In this document: positions 63,946 through 64,000 of the stretch, piece after piece
How the letters are laid out: every line of letters starts with the position of its first letter
Numbering within the stretch: the stretch's first letter is position 1
Notes under the pieces: generated by a model
Told to the model about the DNA's origin: nothing
The model's database searches: none
Seen by the model: only the letters and a program-made list of their open reading frames with translations
Position numbers and translations under genes: made by a program
Assembly (NCBI GenBank): GCA_035967975.1
Contig: JAWQFQ010000022.1
Location: forward strand, 1,699 to 65,698
Length of the DNA: 64,000 bases
Source of the DNA: Scytonema sp. PMC 1070.18
GTDB taxonomy: Bacteria; Cyanobacteriota; Cyanobacteriia; Cyanobacteriales; Nostocaceae
Reading direction: 5' to 3'

Positions 63946-64000
63946 ATAGTGCATAAGTTAATTTTGCCTACACCTACACTCATTAAAGATACAACCAGGA

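Overview
AT-rich DNA from a filamentous (probably heterocyst-forming, Nostocales-like) cyanobacterium, judged from frequent HIP1 octamers (GCGATCGC), heptamer STRR repeats and the gene content. The left ~44.6 kb is a secondary-metabolism island. It starts with a type I PKS (KS-AT-[KR], runs off the window) and its ACP, followed by a TdnQ/AtdA1-like glutamine-synthetase-fold ligase, a MATE exporter and two tandem filamentous-haemagglutinin (TpsA) genes. Next is a ~15 kb minus-strand cluster with a GriI/GriH-type 3-amino-4-hydroxybenzoate (3,4-AHBA) synthase pair, an O-methyltransferase, a two-subunit dimethylformamidase-like metalloamidase, AhpD/CMD, AzoR, an adenylate-forming ligase, a heme-oxygenase-like diiron oxidase (HDO), a cupin, an NmrA-like reductase, a GNAT and a flavin-dependent halogenase. 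A divergent MocR regulator with two candidate operators, a DevBCA exporter and a FAAL / two acyl-ACP dehydrogenases / second ACP starter module follow. I do not recognise this combination from any characterised cyanobacterial pathway; it is the best candidate for an undescribed system (halogenated arylamine-derived, possibly N-oxidised or N-N-containing, possibly lipid/polyketide-linked). The right part holds a DUF433/DUF5615 TA pair, ho1, glmM, an SDR, potC, a kinase-FGE fusion, Uma2, several relics (HepT, ISH3, integrase, slipin), and an EAD1-VMAP/MoxR/vWA ternary conflict system. In that system the vWA-WD40 gene is fused in frame to an EamA transporter exactly at a HIP1 site. A structured ncRNA candidate lies at the right end. 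All family assignments come from motifs read by eye, with no database searches.
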